This document shows positions 61,435-64,000 of a stretch of 64,000 bases of DNA, in pieces. Where the stretch lies: positions 448,001 through 512,000 of the forward strand of contig JBMNLH010000001.1 of assembly GCA_050952625.1 (NCBI GenBank), given 5' to 3'. A program made the translations under genes and the position numbers. The notes below the pieces were generated by a model that ran no database searches, was not told the DNA's origin, and saw nothing but the letters and a program-made list of their open reading frames with translations. Position 1 is the first letter of the stretch; every line of letters starts with the position of its first letter. The DNA is from Bacillota bacterium. Lineage in GTDB: Bacteria; Bacillota; Ch66; Ch109.

Positions 61435-62468
61435 CACCGTCCTACCATGAGAGTTTCCTTTAAAACTTCGACTAGCGCATTTGTGCTGCTTCTGGTGCCG
61501 GAAATATGTCCTTCAACCACAACTTTACCAGCCCATTCAGGATTGTTTTTGCTCCAATTAACCTTCGTGAGCCGAGGCAGATGTTTCTCGAAACTATTAT
61601 ACTTCTTCAGCAATATATTTCCAACTCTGCCTAAGGCAATCAAGGCAATCGAATGAGCTGAAACAGATTCCTTGCGCAGTTCAGATGCTTTCTTTCCTTG
61701 TAAAATAACACTCTGCCAATCCGGCATATTATCAAATACACCGGACCAAAATCTATATGTTGTATCCTTTTGTTGCTCAATCGTCAAATCAGAAAGGTCA
61801 TTCAATAAAGCTTCTGTGCCATGGTAAATACCGCTAAGAGTAAAAAGAGCTTTGGAACGATTAGGAATAGTAGAGCGCTCCTTTTCAACCCAGCCATTAA
61901 ATACCCTAAGTGACTCTACCATTTCACAAATCATGGCAGAAAAATCGTTGCGACTATCGAATAATATGTTCAGTGACTTGGTGGGGCGTATGGCATAACG
62001 ATTAAGATCGGAGAAAATCTGCCGGGAACGGTTTAATCCCATGTCGCTGAAAAAGACAACCGAGATATCTTCATGTTTCAACAATGGGTTATGTTTGATG
62101 GCGGCTTCAATAGCTGCCTTTCTATGTTGTCCATCATTTATCAGGAAACGCGCAGACATCGGGATATTAATTATGCCTATTTTACACTCCTTATTCGTTG
62201 GCTCCATTGCCTCAAATTGTATTTCTCCATCAACAGATACAGTGAGAGCAGAAAAAACATAAGATTTTGGATTTTGTAAGATATAGTCTCTTATTTCAGG
62301 AATACGAGCTTTATTCAATATTCGTTGTGCCCGTACTTCGGGCGGCAATTCTTCTTCGTTGAACATAAATAACCGCGGTAAAGTAGATAAAGGCACCATG
62401 GAAATATAGTACTCCGTGCCTGCCTGAACTCCTTTTATTGCCGGAAATCGATATACCGCTACATTCAT
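61434..62468 (-). CDS. dndB: DNA sulfur modification protein DndB (DGQHR domain)
   Basis: FPAIKGVQ, RAQRILN..R, YVFSALT, INDGQHR, QIFSDLN; GAGGTG RBS before ATG 62468. Confidence 0.92.
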   Translation of the reverse strand: MNVAVYRFPAIKGVQAGTEYYISMVPLSTLPRLFMFNEEELPPEVRAQRILNKARIPEIRDYILQNPKSYVFSALTVSVDGEIQFEAMEPTNKECKIGIINIPMSARFLINDGQHRKAAIEAAIKHNPLLKHEDISVVFFSDMGLNRSRQIFSDLNRYAIRPTKSLNILFDSRNDFSAMICEMVESLRVFNGWVEKERSTIPNRSKALFTLSGIYHGTEALLNDLSDLTIEQQKDTTYRFWSGVFDNMPDWQSVILQGKKASELRKESVSAHSIALIALGRVGNILLKKYNSFEKHLPRLTKVNWSKNNPEWAGKVVVEGHISGTRSSTNALVEVLKETLMVGR

Positions 62469-62794
62469 AACCCTACACCTCGGTAAATATTTAAATGGAA
62501 GTCTATAAAAATAAATTGGAAGTCTGTTATCCAGATAATACATCCTTTAGTCGAATCTGGTCAAGGTCTAATGTGAAATATGTTAACGTAAAAATACTTA
62601 CTATGGCAGAGCCCTAAGGGTTAAAGTAGGTTATATCTTTATAATGATGAAACAAACTATTGGGAAACATCGACCAGCATCTATTGATAAGGACCACTAT
62701 GGGTAAAAGCATCAGTGGAGCTTTCAATGAAATATCAAATCGGGTTGGGTTATTAGGGTTTTTGAGAATAATAGGGATGTATAACGACAAGGTA

Positions 62795-62823
62795 TTGAGC
62801 AATTGGGAGAAATAGGCTAGAAT
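62795..62823 (+). promoter_or_regulatory. sigmaA promoter of the type I toxin mRNA
   Basis: TTGAGC-N17-TAGAAT. Confidence 0.6.
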
Positions 62824-62936
62824 TTGTCATAGTAAGGCATTTGCCTCCAGTCGACGGGTTCAATCGCAAAGCCCTCCTTCCACCAAGTTCTTGTGGGATG
62901 ATGCGGGTACCGGGTGAAGGAAGGAGGGCTGATGCC

Positions 62937-63041
62937 ATGGAGTTACATATCGGATGTTTTCATCTGGTAATCGCTCCAGCGGTGCTTACAGGGCTTTTTG
63001 TCCTGTGGTATCGGTGGCATTGCAACCGGAATAAGAAATAA
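62937..63041 (+). CDS. Type I toxin, Fst-family-like hydrophobic peptide (34 aa)
   Basis: MELHIGCFHLVIAPAVLTGLFVLWYRWHCNRNKK; RBS GGAAGGAGGGCT is complementary to upstream AGCCCTCCTTCC. Confidence 0.75.
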   Translation: MELHIGCFHLVIAPAVLTGLFVLWYRWHCNRNKK

Positions 63042-63139
63042 GCCAGGATCAAATCCTGGCTAAATTGAAACAAGTGATTTAATAAGAGCCCAATACACTG
63101 CATCTCCTACCGAGGGTAGCTTGTTCCAGCAAGCTATCC
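63041..63139 (-). ncRNA. Putative antisense antitoxin RNA of the type I TA locus
   Basis: Minus-strand promoter TTGACT-N17-TATAAT (63174-63146); internal hairpin GAGGGTAGCTTG..CAAGCTATCCTC; shared terminator AGCCAGGAT..ATCCTGGCT at 63041-63061. Confidence 0.65.
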
Positions 63140-63259
63140 TCTCTCATTATATAAGCAAATAATTGGGAAGTCAAACTACACTGATTAATTTATAGAAGAT
63201 TGAGCATAAGACTATCTAAATTGCCTCGGCATATATTATAGCCCATGTTCATCATGTAC

Positions 63260-64000
63260 CCTAAACCTTTTCGATTTAAGACAAAAGGAAATTATTTCCA
63301 TAAATTAGGCGTTTAGTGATATCGGTTTGAGATAGATTTCTTCCGGATTAAACCCGGCCCAACGGACCATATTTAAAGCTTGACGGTTAACATTATCCGG
63401 AAGATATCTCTGACCCTGAATACTCACTATCTGAATAGTACCCAATACTTCCAGGATAGTTTGCACGGAAGGTCTGTCGGTACTTTTGTTTCCCGGTAAT
63501 TTCACTGCTTCTCCTTGTTCCTTTAGGGCCTTGCGAACTCGGTACTCCAGGTAGGAAGCCAGCAGTAATACCAGGATAAACACATAACCTAGAGCATAGA
63601 TTCGCTTCGGGTTTTCCAAGTATACTGGGCCTAAATACACCCGGTTTTTGAGGAATCGAAACTTGGTTTCAATTGAGATCTGCCGTTTATACTCTAATAA
63701 AATCCATTGATCATCGTATTTTTGACGATCTTTCACATTGGCGATCAGCACGAAGGTAGATTCCATTTGGAGCAGGTGCTGGTAAACCTCTGGTTTTATA
63801 TCGCCAATACTGACTTCAGCGTGATATGTCGTGGTAATCGTCGGTTCTTCTCCATTGCGGGGTTTTCCTCGGTGACCGTAAGACTTTTTGACGCAGCTCT
63901 GAACCGTTCCTTGAACCTCAAAGCCTTTTTGCTGGCATTCTTGAAGGAAGACAGCCAAAGCAGCCTGGGCATCAGGTTCACAGGCGAAGGCCTTAATTTT
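63260..64000 (-). mobile_element. IS1634-like element (3' part; runs off the window)
   Basis: Transposase C-terminus (63305->64000): FACEPDAQ, GHRGKPR, FVLIAN, EYKRQ.SIETKFRFLK, VYLENPKRI.AL; the end coordinate is approximate. Confidence 0.85.

Noticed and set aside
120-62279. Many antisense or overlapping ORFs in the track (e.g. 120-401, 2022-2378, 13273-13854, 27769-28197, 33909-34349, 53655-54053, 60508-60849)
   Set aside because: Shadows of well-supported genes on the opposite strand or frame, with no RBS or motifs.
1-64000. tRNA/rRNA genes or an integrase/att site for the island
   Set aside because: None recognisable by eye; a tRNAscan-SE/Infernal run would be needed to exclude them fully.

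Overview
64-kb window from an anaerobic, probably spore-forming Firmicute (Clostridia-like; inferred from gene content and sigmaA/sigma54 promoter signatures). The left ~37 kb is mostly core/accessory metabolism: hisF, an OmpR/HAMP two-component system with a GerMN lipoprotein, cysK, a GH13/GH57/TreZ/TreT alpha-glucan-trehalose cluster, an acyl-CoA synthetase, a PAS/Cys sigma54-activator locus with NifX- and Mrp-like genes, a TRAP transporter, and a hybrid-kinase/HD-GYP module. It also carries two families of short palindromic repeats. The right ~27 kb is a defence island between an IS1182-like and an IS1634-like element. It has a complete phosphorothioation operon (dndBCDE plus cysteine desulfurase, minus strand) and no dndFGH. 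Converging on it is a 7-gene plus-strand operon: a NERD-UvrD helicase, an AddB/Cas4-like four-Cys protein, and five genes resembling DpdE-F-G-H-I of the 7-deazaguanine Dpd system, with no dpdABC, J, K or D. This apparent Dnd-modification / Dpd-effector hybrid is the top candidate for an undescribed system. An Fst-like type I toxin-antitoxin locus sits next to it. Eight genes/positions show +1 homopolymer frameshifts that look like long-read errors. All family calls are from motif recognition by eye; no database searches were run.
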